From a virus (lineage: Duplodnaviria > Caudoviricetes): a stretch of DNA of 63,334 nt. The stretch is taken from positions 1-63,334 of IMG/VR virus record IMGVR_UViG_3300020393_000006. One strand, written 5' to 3'. Below are positions 1 to 7,461 of the stretch, piece by piece (position 1 is the stretch's first letter; each line of letters opens with the position of its first letter). Below the pieces are notes generated by a model, which did not search any database, had not been told where the DNA came from, and saw only the letters and a list, made by a program, of their open reading frames with translations. Both the position numbers and the translations under genes were made by a program.

Positions 1-4
1 TATC

Positions 5-193
5 ATGTCCCTGTTCGTTCACATCGTTCTCTGCACCCTTCGCGTCCTCTTCGGCCTCGGACTCGTCCTTGGCCTCGGGGCTCTCTGCTACCTGACCACT
101 GTCCACGAGTCCCTGCTCGTAACCATCTGTGGTGGTATCATGGTAGGTGCTTCCATCATCGCTGGCTGGGCTTACATCTGCCACGGCGAGTAA
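5..193 (+). CDS. Small membrane protein with two predicted TM segments; first gene of the left-arm array
   Basis: 62-aa hydrophobic ORF; its RBS (GAAAGGATCAC) lies at the window end (63318-63328) if the genome is circular. Confidence 0.7.
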   Translation: MSLFVHIVLCTLRVLFGLGLVLGLGALCYLTTVHESLLVTICGGIMVGASIIAGWAYICHGE

Positions 194-269
194 CAAGACA
201 ATGCCCCTGAGCCTCTGGCTCGGGGGCTCCTTGTTGATCTGGCAATAGTGCCGAAGAAAGGATCACATC

Positions 270-545
270 ATGAACAACCACTACGACTGCCCAATCACCG
301 TCTCTCACTTCTACACCGTTGCCGAAGGCGAAAGCCTCGAGCCCATCCGCTTCTTCCCCTCGTGGGAGGACGCCAACCTCTTCGTGGAGCGGATGGAACG
401 CAAGGAGTTCCCTCGCTGCCGAGAGTGGCACAACAACCCCAACATGGCGTTCTCCGTCGTACGAGCCTCCCAAGGCTTCGTCGTCCGGTGTGATAGCCGG
501 AACGGGGAGCCTCTCCTCTACCTCGGAAGGGAACGCAATCCCTGA
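270..545 (+). CDS. Hypothetical early protein (array unit)
   Basis: ATG follows AGAAAGGATCACATC; stop lies just before the next hairpin. Confidence 0.8.
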   Translation: MNNHYDCPITVSHFYTVAEGESLEPIRFFPSWEDANLFVERMERKEFPRCREWHNNPNMAFSVVRASQGFVVRCDSRNGEPLLYLGRERNP

Positions 546-620
546 CAACAACAGCCCCTGCGCCCATGGCGTGGGGGCTCCTTGTTGATCTGGCAATGGT
601 GCCGAAGAAAGGATCACATC

Positions 621-833
621 ATGAACATCGCACAAGTCTACCTCGACGCACTCGAACTCCTCGAAACCCGTGAGGTTCCTGCACACGACCCGACAACCAA
701 GTGTCGGTACATCTTCATCCTCAATGCCTGCTGTCAGGCAGCGGGGTACGGCGACATCGGCTGGGATTGCCCAACCGAGGACGCCAAGGCCCTCAGAGCC
801 CTCGCAAAGGGCATGGTGGACCTTCCCCTCTAA
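621..833 (+). CDS. Hypothetical early protein (array unit)
   Basis: ATG at 621 after AGAAAGGATCACATC; start trimmed from ORF 582. Confidence 0.8.
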   Translation: MNIAQVYLDALELLETREVPAHDPTTKCRYIFILNACCQAAGYGDIGWDCPTEDAKALRALAKGMVDLPL

Positions 834-917
834 CAACATCTCAAGCCCCTCAGACATCGTCTGGGGGGCTCCTTGTTGATCTGGGCAATGGTGCCCCATT
901 CAGAAAGGATCACTACC

Positions 918-1172
918 ATGGACAACTTCCCATTCAAGGACATGGCCCCTCACACTCTGGGGGACATCACCTTCTTCCCAACCCCTGCCGCTGCTCAAGC
1001 AGTCTGCCTCCGCTTCCAAGCCGAGCAAGACCCTGAGGATGTCGAGGAGGGGATCCACGGGCACGGTGAAACCTTCTCTGTACAAACCTCCGCCTTCGGA
1101 TGGGTTGTGCAGTTCGACAACGGCTCTCCTTGGCCTGAGGAAGCCGTACGCGGGTACTACACCGGCAAATAA
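918..1172 (+). CDS. Hypothetical early protein (array unit)
   Basis: ATG at 918 after AGAAAGGATCACTACC. Confidence 0.8.
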   Translation: MDNFPFKDMAPHTLGDITFFPTPAAAQAVCLRFQAEQDPEDVEEGIHGHGETFSVQTSAFGWVVQFDNGSPWPEEAVRGYYTGK

Positions 1173-1213
1173 CAGGATATGCCCTCAAGCCTCTGGCTTG
1201 GGGGCTCCTGTTT

Positions 1214-1325
1214 GATACCACAACATCTGCGCAATGCGCTGGGCTTCCTCCCATGGATGTTGTTGGCACGGCCCGTGTAGGGCAGACATGTGTCCGCGTT
1301 GGACACGTGCATCCATCCCACCTGA
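1214..1325 (+). ncRNA. Candidate structured small RNA (array unit without a credible ORF)
   Basis: No RBS or long ORF; stems CAACATC/GATGTTG, GCGCA/TGCGC, GCCC/GGGC, GTGTCC/GGACAC. Confidence 0.4.
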
Positions 1326-1396
1326 GCCCCTGACCTGACGAGGTTGGGGGCTCCTGTTTGATCTGAGCAATGGTGCTCACAGAAAGGATCACTATC

Positions 1397-1846
1397 ATGT
1401 TCAAGAACCTCTCATCCGATCAAGTCGTCTCCTCCCTCGACGATTGCCGTATCCTCGACGAGATCACCCATTACAGCAACTACGAAGGTGGTGGCATGGA
1501 ATGGATCGTCCGTGCGTACCTCGACCTCGAGACTGACAGCCTCCGCTTCGTCATGTTCACCGGTCGAATGCGCAAGGAAGCCGGTGGCGGAACCAATACC
1601 GAGTTGACCGGTATCACCGAGTTCACCGACATCAACGCAGTCAAGGACTGGCTGCACGGTGCCGAGGACGCCAAGGCTGAGGTGGCCTTCGAGTCGTACC
1701 AGACCCGCAAGGGGTACGGGTACGCCTCCCACCCCTTCGGTGGCTACGTCGACGACGACGAAGGTCGGCGGCACTTCAACAAGCCTGAGGGCTGGTGGAC
1801 CTATACCATCACCCCCGGCAAACTCGACTGGTCCGAGTTGGCCTAA
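1397..1846 (+). CDS. Hypothetical early protein (array unit)
   Basis: ATG at 1397 after AGAAAGGATCACTATC. Confidence 0.85.
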   Translation: MFKNLSSDQVVSSLDDCRILDEITHYSNYEGGGMEWIVRAYLDLETDSLRFVMFTGRMRKEAGGGTNTELTGITEFTDINAVKDWLHGAEDAKAEVAFESYQTRKGYGYASHPFGGYVDDDEGRRHFNKPEGWWTYTITPGKLDWSELA

Positions 1847-1865
1847 GTTTGGGATACCCATAGGA
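1844..1865 (+). promoter_or_regulatory. Putative T7-type phage promoter, copy 1
   Basis: TAAGTTTGGGATACCCATAGGA; differs at 2 positions from the copy at 22414. Confidence 0.6.
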
Positions 1866-2046
1866 CCCCGGCTTAGGTCTGGGCTATGGCCCACCCTAAG
1901 CCCACACCATAATACCCTTTATACCCTAGGTAGACCTAGGGTATAAAGATGGTGTGGTGTCGTCACTAGCAATCCAAGCCCCTCAGCCTCTGGCTGGGGG
2001 GCTCCGGTTTGATCTGGCAATTGTGCCTCAAGAAAGGATCCCTATT

Positions 2047-2229
2047 ATGCGTTTTCGCTCCAAACTTGACCCTGCCGACCTCGCCGCCCACCTCATCAAA
2101 GAGAAGGCTGGCGACGTCGCTCTGGCAATCTCCGAACTGACCAAGGCTCTGGACTCCCAGCGCTGGATCAGTTCGGACATGATCGATGTTCTCGAGCAAA
2201 CTCGGGCCATCTTGCGTCAGCAGGCGTAA
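2047..2229 (+). CDS. Hypothetical early protein (array unit)
   Basis: ATG at 2047 after AGAAAGGATCCCTATT. Confidence 0.75.
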   Translation: MRFRSKLDPADLAAHLIKEKAGDVALAISELTKALDSQRWISSDMIDVLEQTRAILRQQA

Positions 2230-2360
2230 AACAACACATGCCCCTCAGCCTCTGGCTGGGGGGCTCCTGTTTGATTGGAAGGCAATGTGCCACCTGATCA
2301 TTTCCTAGCCCTCTACGGGGCATTCACGGCCTCGTATGGCCATCTCAGAAAGGTTCTACC

Positions 2361-2543
2361 ATGAACGACAACAATGACATCCGTATCTCCATCCTCGACG
2401 AACTCGCTGCCGCCAACGACAGCCTTCGTGTCATCGAGGACAAACTCAACCAAGACCCCAACAACTGGGAGTTGCAGGGTGAGTTTGACGAGCAGCAGCA
2501 AGTCTGCTTGGCTCTCGAGGGCGATCTCGAGAACTGGGGCTGA
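2361..2543 (+). CDS. Small acidic early protein (array unit)
   Basis: ATG after AGAAAGGTTCTACC. Confidence 0.75.
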   Translation: MNDNNDIRISILDELAAANDSLRVIEDKLNQDPNNWELQGEFDEQQQVCLALEGDLENWG

Positions 2544-2662
2544 GCCCTACAATCGCACAGGAAGCCACGCGCCCATCGAGGGCCCGTGGCTCCTTTGTGA
2601 TCATGGAAGCCGACAGGCGGCCTCCAGATCCCAACAAACCGATTCTAGAAAGGATCACTATC

Positions 2663-3001
2663 ATGCCCATTACTATGAGCGATGAACTCTTCACCTTCCA
2701 ACGTCGTGCTGCCGAAGTCGCCTTGCTTCTTCAGCAACGCATTGATGATCAACGCGAACACGATGGCAAGGACGTTGTGCCAGTCATCATGCACTGGTCA
2801 GTTCCATCCTTGTTGGAGGAACTGAAATGGGAAACAGAACGAGTCTGCAACAGGTTCAACATCAGCAACATGGCCGAGATTGCCATGTATGCGCTGGACC
2901 ACTTAGAGATGGACGGGCTGATCCCTAGCGGATTCGCCGCTGAAGCCTATCACTATGCCGGTTCCGAACTGGGATGGAAACTCGAAGGCTACAACAACTG
3001 A
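2663..3001 (+). CDS. Hypothetical early protein (array unit)
   Basis: ATG at 2663 after AGAAAGGATCACTATC. Confidence 0.8.
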   Translation: MPITMSDELFTFQRRAAEVALLLQQRIDDQREHDGKDVVPVIMHWSVPSLLEELKWETERVCNRFNISNMAEIAMYALDHLEMDGLIPSGFAAEAYHYAGSELGWKLEGYNN

Positions 3002-3088
3002 AGTCTCTCCAAAACCCTTGCCCCTCAGCCTCTGGCTGGGGGGCTCCTTTTTGATGACAATGGTGTCATCACAACAGGAGATTGGCAC

Positions 3089-3328
3089 ATGCCTATCGAT
3101 CCAAAGCGACTTGCCGCTAAGCAAGACAACGTGACCCCCGAGGTCGAACCTATCATCCGTCAAACTCTCGAGTTTACGGAAACCGAGTACGCTCGATTCA
3201 TGGATCTCATCTTGGCTGCCGACGAGGAACTCACTCCCGGCGATGCTATCATCTACGGACATTACAAAGCCGCCCGAGTGCGTGCCAAGTTGACCGACGC
3301 AGCCGCTAAGGAGGTGTCCCGTGGCTGA
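3089..3328 (+). CDS. Hypothetical early protein
   Basis: AGGAG RBS; overlaps the next ORF. Confidence 0.75.
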   Translation: MPIDPKRLAAKQDNVTPEVEPIIRQTLEFTETEYARFMDLILAADEELTPGDAIIYGHYKAARVRAKLTDAAAKEVSRG

Positions 3329-3614
3329 TGAGAAATCAACCATCCGTGACTTCGGTCGTTACTGCCAAATCATCTTCGTTCGGGCCACCAAGGCCCAGAC
3401 GGGGACTGACATTTGGCCCAAGCAGGGCGACACCCTTGAACTCTACGACAAGATCTACGAGTTCAAGTTCGTCCCTCGTCGCCTCAAGTCTGGCAAGACT
3501 GGGGTGAAGGCACTGGCTCGGAAGGTCGATGCACCTACCGAGTCAGGTCGCCATGTCGTGGCTGAGGCTGCGACCAAGACAGAGCCTCAAGCGTCTGAGG
3601 AACTGCCCTTCTAA
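3321..3614 (+). CDS. Early protein with an SSB-like acidic tail (…SEELPF)
   Basis: GTG start with AAGGAGGT RBS; C-terminal acidic-PF motif. Confidence 0.7.
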   Translation: MADEKSTIRDFGRYCQIIFVRATKAQTGTDIWPKQGDTLELYDKIYEFKFVPRRLKSGKTGVKALARKVDAPTESGRHVVAEAATKTEPQASEELPF

Positions 3615-3700
3615 AAGTTGCCCCGCTTCGGCGGGGCTCCTTTTTGATAATGGCGAACGGTTCGTCACTATCACCGTTCCAAATCCATAGGAGGATAACA

Positions 3701-5692
3701 ATGGAACTTCTCATCAAAGCCTTGGTCGCGGCTCTTTGCGACCGTCGTAACCTCGCCGACTGTAGCGAGTGGCACACCCCTCTGGCGCAGTCTTTCCTGC
3801 GTTACTTCCGAACCAAGCACTCCAGCCGCACGCTGGCACGCTGGATCGAGAAGAACGTGGGTGTCTTCGCCCTGTCTCAGCGTGTCAGCGTTGAGTCAGC
3901 AACCCGTACTCTCGCCCAAATCGTGGGCGAGTGGAAGGCAGCAGGGATCATCGACACACGACACGGATCCCGTGGTACGCTTGTGTCGTGGCCCAACCAC
4001 AGCAGAGACGACTTCATTGTCTTGCCTCTGCTGGAGGAGCCAGCCTTCCACAGTGGCGACACTGGTGGAACGGGTACACGTGCCATCTGCGGTGGTCGTC
4101 CTCACAAGTATGTGAGCGACCAGCAGAAGGAAGCCCTCGATGCCATCCAAGGCGTTGCGTACAGCGTGCATCCCAAGATGCTTTGTGCTGCACTCGACGC
4201 ACTGGAGCGTGGGCTGTTCGACGACCAACCGAAACGCAGTTTCGTCTTGGAACGTCGGGCTCTCGAGTTCGCGCTTGAGAACCTTGCAGATGGTGAATCG
4301 TACTGGTTGCCGGTGTTCATGGATCACCGTGGCCGCATCTACACCGACTCAGGTGCATTGCTGTCCTATCAAGGCAGCGATGTTCACCGTGGGCTCTGCT
4401 GGTATGCAGATGCCAAGGATGTGGATGTCCTGAGTACCGCGTGGGCGGAGTTCCTCGAATCGGCACAAGCCGAGTATGGGGTCACTCCAGACAATGCAGA
4501 AAGCATTGCACAATCTGACATCACAGACGTAACTGGCAAGCAGTTTCGTCGGATGGCTTGTGCAATCGCCGTTGTCGAAGTCATGACCACTGGTCGGACT
4601 TCGTACATCTGGCAGCAAGATGCCACATGCTCTGGCATGGGCAACATTGCCTGCATCACGCGAGACCCCAAACTTGCCAAAGCAACTGCCCTTCTGGGCA
4701 AGATTGCTTCGACCGATGACCTCTACTGCCAGACCTCCTCAGAGGCTGTCAGCAACCCACGCTACTTCCGTCTCACTGAAAGCGGAAAGCGTGACGAGGT
4801 CATCTTCGACTTCAGCCCTGCGCTGGAGGATACGCAAGTTTGGAACGAGTTGGCGGCCCGCACGGCAGCCAAACACCCAGTCATGTTGTCGTCATACGGC
4901 AGCAGTGCATACAGCCTTGCTCAGTCATGGATCGTCGAATGCGGCATCCTTGATGATGACGGTAACGTCATGTCCGAGCAAGCAGCCAAGGATCTCGAGT
5001 TCGAGGACTTGCAAATGCTGGACTGGAGTGATCTCGTTGGCTCACCAACCGCGTTCACTATCTCAACTGCCAAAGCCCGCTCCATGGGAGCAACGCCTTG
5101 GGATTGGTTCCTCTGCCTTGCAACGGCGTACCAGCATGCACTCATGCATCTGTACCCCAGCATTGGAGAGTTCCAATCGCACATGAAGAAGATTGCCCGA
5201 AAGACATTTGTCAATCACGGCAGACCTTCCTTCTGGCGTTCGTCTGTCGGTATGCTTTGTGTCTATGCACCAGTCATCGCTGGTGATGAGGACACGCTGC
5301 AGTTCACCACAAGCAATGGTCGTCAGTCACTGACCCTGCCAGTCTTCAGCACTACGCCATGCGTAGATGACAAGACACAGCGGGCGAAAGACATCGACCG
5401 CTTGTCTGGACAATCGGCAATGCCGCCCAACCGCATCCACTCTGAGGATGCTTCGATCGTGGTACTCAGTGTGCTCGACGTTGCCGATGATGGCATCGTT
5501 GTGTCGCCGATCCACGACTCGTGGGGTACGCACATCTGCAATGGTATTCGGATGCGTCATGCAGTCCGCAACGCCATGATCAGTGTGCATGGCAAAGACC
5601 TGCTGTCCAAGCAGGAAAAGGATGCGGACATGTTGCCACTCCACCGTGGAGATTGGAACCTCTTGGAGATCCAAGATACCTTGATCCGGTGA
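3701..5692 (+). CDS. Compact T7-family single-subunit RNA polymerase (RNAP-1, ~663 aa)
   Basis: DHRGRIY…QGSD, motif A QDATCSG, motif B RTAAKHPVMLSSYG, PPNRIHSED, motif C IHDSWGT; AGGAGG RBS before ATG 3701. Confidence 0.92.
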   Translation: MELLIKALVAALCDRRNLADCSEWHTPLAQSFLRYFRTKHSSRTLARWIEKNVGVFALSQRVSVESATRTLAQIVGEWKAAGIIDTRHGSRGTLVSWPNHSRDDFIVLPLLEEPAFHSGDTGGTGTRAICGGRPHKYVSDQQKEALDAIQGVAYSVHPKMLCAALDALERGLFDDQPKRSFVLERRALEFALENLADGESYWLPVFMDHRGRIYTDSGALLSYQGSDVHRGLCWYADAKDVDVLSTAWAEFLESAQAEYGVTPDNAESIAQSDITDVTGKQFRRMACAIAVVEVMTTGRTSYIWQQDATCSGMGNIACITRDPKLAKATALLGKIASTDDLYCQTSSEAVSNPRYFRLTESGKRDEVIFDFSPALEDTQVWNELAARTAAKHPVMLSSYGSSAYSLAQSWIVECGILDDDGNVMSEQAAKDLEFEDLQMLDWSDLVGSPTAFTISTAKARSMGATPWDWFLCLATAYQHALMHLYPSIGEFQSHMKKIARKTFVNHGRPSFWRSSVGMLCVYAPVIAGDEDTLQFTTSNGRQSLTLPVFSTTPCVDDKTQRAKDIDRLSGQSAMPPNRIHSEDASIVVLSVLDVADDGIVVSPIHDSWGTHICNGIRMRHAVRNAMISVHGKDLLSKQEKDADMLPLHRGDWNLLEIQDTLIR

Positions 5693-5738
5693 GCAATCAC
5701 CACAGCCACAGGGCCCCGCTTCGGCGGGGCTCCTGTTT

Positions 5739-5947
5739 GAATGCCAGGCCAAGGCTTGGCATTCTTCAAAGACAAAAGGAATCGCTACGCTCATCTTCCT
5801 TTGTCCTCGCCGGACAGGCCTTTGATGCGCCTACGGCGTTCCCCAAGCAGGCGGTATGTAGCCCGCTTCGCGGTCGGGAGGATTGCCATTGGCTGCTGCA
5901 ATCTCGTTGATCCGCAGCAGAACGTGATCCTCCTTTCTGATTTGGAT
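5739..5947 (+). ncRNA. Candidate structured RNA between the last two array modules
   Basis: Stems GAATGCCAGGCC/GGCTTGGCATTC and GACAAAAGGA/TCCTTTGTC; no RBS-supported ORF. Confidence 0.35.
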
Positions 5948-5981
5948 GTCTATGGCCTAGCGGCCATAGGCTCCTTTTTTT
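5948..5981 (+). terminator. Intrinsic terminator closing the array
   Basis: GTCTATGGCC-TAGC-GGCCATAGGC hairpin followed by TCC and T7. Confidence 0.65.
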
Positions 5982-6129
5982 GCGAGAGGGCGTTGCCCCC
6001 TCGCGCTCCCCCACCAAGGGGCTTTCCCCCCCTTGGATCCCCCCCTTCACTATCACTCGGTACCGGCCTTAGTCTAGTACTAACACCCGAAACCGTTCGC
6101 CGCACCACACTCAATACAGGAGTCTAGTC

Positions 6130-6375
6130 ATGAAATGCTTTACAGTTTATGATCTGTGCCGCGTTATTGTCGAACAAGCTGACGCTCTTGAAAGAGCCTT
6201 GAATCGTTTTGATTCTGCTCTTGAAACCCTTGACAACAACGAAATCTGCATTGCTCACCGCAACATGGATATCATCTTGACTGTCATGATGGCTCTTGCT
6301 GACGAAGCAACCGATGCTTTGGCCGACGATCCTGACATCTACAAAGATGATGATGAATGCTGGGGCGACCACTAA
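6130..6375 (+). CDS. Hypothetical acidic protein
   Basis: AGGAG RBS; TAATG overlap with the next gene. Confidence 0.75.
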   Translation: MKCFTVYDLCRVIVEQADALERALNRFDSALETLDNNEICIAHRNMDIILTVMMALADEATDALADDPDIYKDDDECWGDH

Positions 6376-6815
6376 TGATTGCCCTGCTTAGTCTAATGCT
6401 TTCAACCGGAGCTGGAAAAGACATTGTCTTGACCGATGCTAACATCGATCGGCTCCTCGATGCAATCTGGTACGTCGAGTCTGGTTGCCGCAATGGCCCT
6501 ATCAAGGGCGATGGCGGTAACGCCCTCGGCCCTTTGCAAATCTGGCGTGCCTTCTGGCAGGACGCCGTTGAGTTCTCTGGACAAGGCGGCAAGTACGAAG
6601 ATGTTGCTGACATCAAGTACGCCAAGAAGACAGTTAAGAACTACTGGACTCGGTACTGCACCGAGCGGAGAGTAGGAAGAAAACCCACCCTTTGGCACGC
6701 AGCTGTCATGGTTAATGGTGGACCTAACGCCCATAAAGCCTCGGGCAAGAAGAAGGCTAACCTTGTAATTTACTGGGACAAAGTTTGGGCCCGGTACCAA
6801 GCCCTAGGAGGCTAA
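6375..6815 (+). CDS. Lysozyme-like / lytic transglycosylase-like protein with N-terminal hydrophobic signal
   Basis: AIWYVESG and GPLQIWRAFWQDA motifs (ES plus G-x-x-QI of the lysozyme superfamily, i-type/destabilase-like). Confidence 0.75.
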   Translation: MIALLSLMLSTGAGKDIVLTDANIDRLLDAIWYVESGCRNGPIKGDGGNALGPLQIWRAFWQDAVEFSGQGGKYEDVADIKYAKKTVKNYWTRYCTERRVGRKPTLWHAAVMVNGGPNAHKASGKKKANLVIYWDKVWARYQALGG

Positions 6816-6816
6816 C

Positions 6817-7224
6817 ATGTCTGACACTGACGACAAACGATGGGCACCTGATGCCTACTTGCATGAGTTCGTTTACTTCAACAAAGACGACTTTCCTAAC
6901 GCCACTGGCAGGACCATTTGGACCTGTGGCCAGTATTACTTCCTCGTGTCATCCATCATCAACGAAGAGATGGATGCCAGTGAGACCATGGTCTTTCAGT
7001 GCAACAGCATTGGAGTGAAGACCAACGGAAGCCAAGATCTGGCCTTTTGTAATGATCCATATCCGGAAGTTTCGATGGTCAAAGAACTTGTCCAATCCGC
7101 TTACCGGACCTTGCACGAAGACAAGCTTCGTGAATCCATTGAGCACTTCGTGCGTTACGAAGCGACTCCTGATCAACTTCAAAGCATCAAGACAATGCAC
7201 ATGACCCCTAGAGTCTTTGACTGA
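6817..7224 (+). CDS. Hypothetical protein
   Basis: AGGAGG RBS. Confidence 0.75.
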   Translation: MSDTDDKRWAPDAYLHEFVYFNKDDFPNATGRTIWTCGQYYFLVSSIINEEMDASETMVFQCNSIGVKTNGSQDLAFCNDPYPEVSMVKELVQSAYRTLHEDKLRESIEHFVRYEATPDQLQSIKTMHMTPRVFD

Positions 7225-7231
7225 GGTTTAC

Positions 7232-7336
7232 ATGACTCATTTTGTTGCTGATATCATTTTAGGCCTGATCATTGCATCAGGCGTGTTGACATTCATTTAC
7301 GTGCTTTGCACATGGGATAAAGGAGATTGGGTTTGA
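7232..7336 (+). CDS. 34-aa single-TM protein
   Basis: MTHFVADIILGLIIASGVLTFIYVLC…; GAGG RBS; below the ORF-track cutoff. Confidence 0.55.
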   Translation: MTHFVADIILGLIIASGVLTFIYVLCTWDKGDWV

Positions 7337-7443
7337 TTTACATCGATTTTGAAGCTACTATCGGACCAGATCTGATTGTAACGTTTTTTCTGGCAGGATG
7401 TTTAACAGCTCTTGCTCTTTCAATTGTCAAAAAATACCACTAA
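7333..7443 (+). CDS. 36-aa single-TM protein
   Basis: TTG start with AAGGAG RBS; hydrophobic core LIVTFFLAGCLTALALSIV. Confidence 0.5.
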   Translation: MIYIDFEATIGPDLIVTFFLAGCLTALALSIVKKYH

Positions 7444-7461
7444 TTTTTAGCGGAGAAACAA

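Larger units (their letters stand above)
203..5981 (+). repeat. Array of repeated intergenic modules: hairpin + GGCTCC-N5-GAT + second hairpin + RBS
   Basis: Hairpins start at 203, 554, 845, 1181, 1326, 1978, 2240, 2564, 3020, 3620, 5713 and 5948. Each is followed by TCC. In the first 11 copies GAT/GAA follows exactly 8 nt after the stem (236, 587, 878, 1214, 1360, 2011, 2273, 2599, 3053, 3646, 5739). Confidence 0.95.

Noticed and set aside
3701-5692. RNAP-1 as a pseudogene or a DNA polymerase
   Set aside because: Uninterrupted ORF with strong RBS and the RNAP-specific DxRGR and PNxIHSxD motifs intact
156-5794. Long minus-strand and alternative-frame ORFs in the left arm (e.g. 156..899, 1412..1894, 4620..5186)
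   Set aside because: Shadows of GC-rich + strand genes; they run through the repeats and lack an RBS
203-5981. CRISPR array
   Set aside because: Inter-repeat segments are 110-2000 nt and mostly intact RBS-led ORFs, the repeats conserve structure more than sequence, and there are no cas genes
203-5981. Integron cassette array (attC sites)
   Set aside because: No tyrosine recombinase in the genome, no RYYYAAC/GTTRRRY boxes, and the wobble pattern favours the top strand
5741-6127. 128-aa + strand ORF after RNAP-1
   Set aside because: No RBS, low-complexity Pro/Arg content, and it crosses a terminator-like hairpin with a T7 tract
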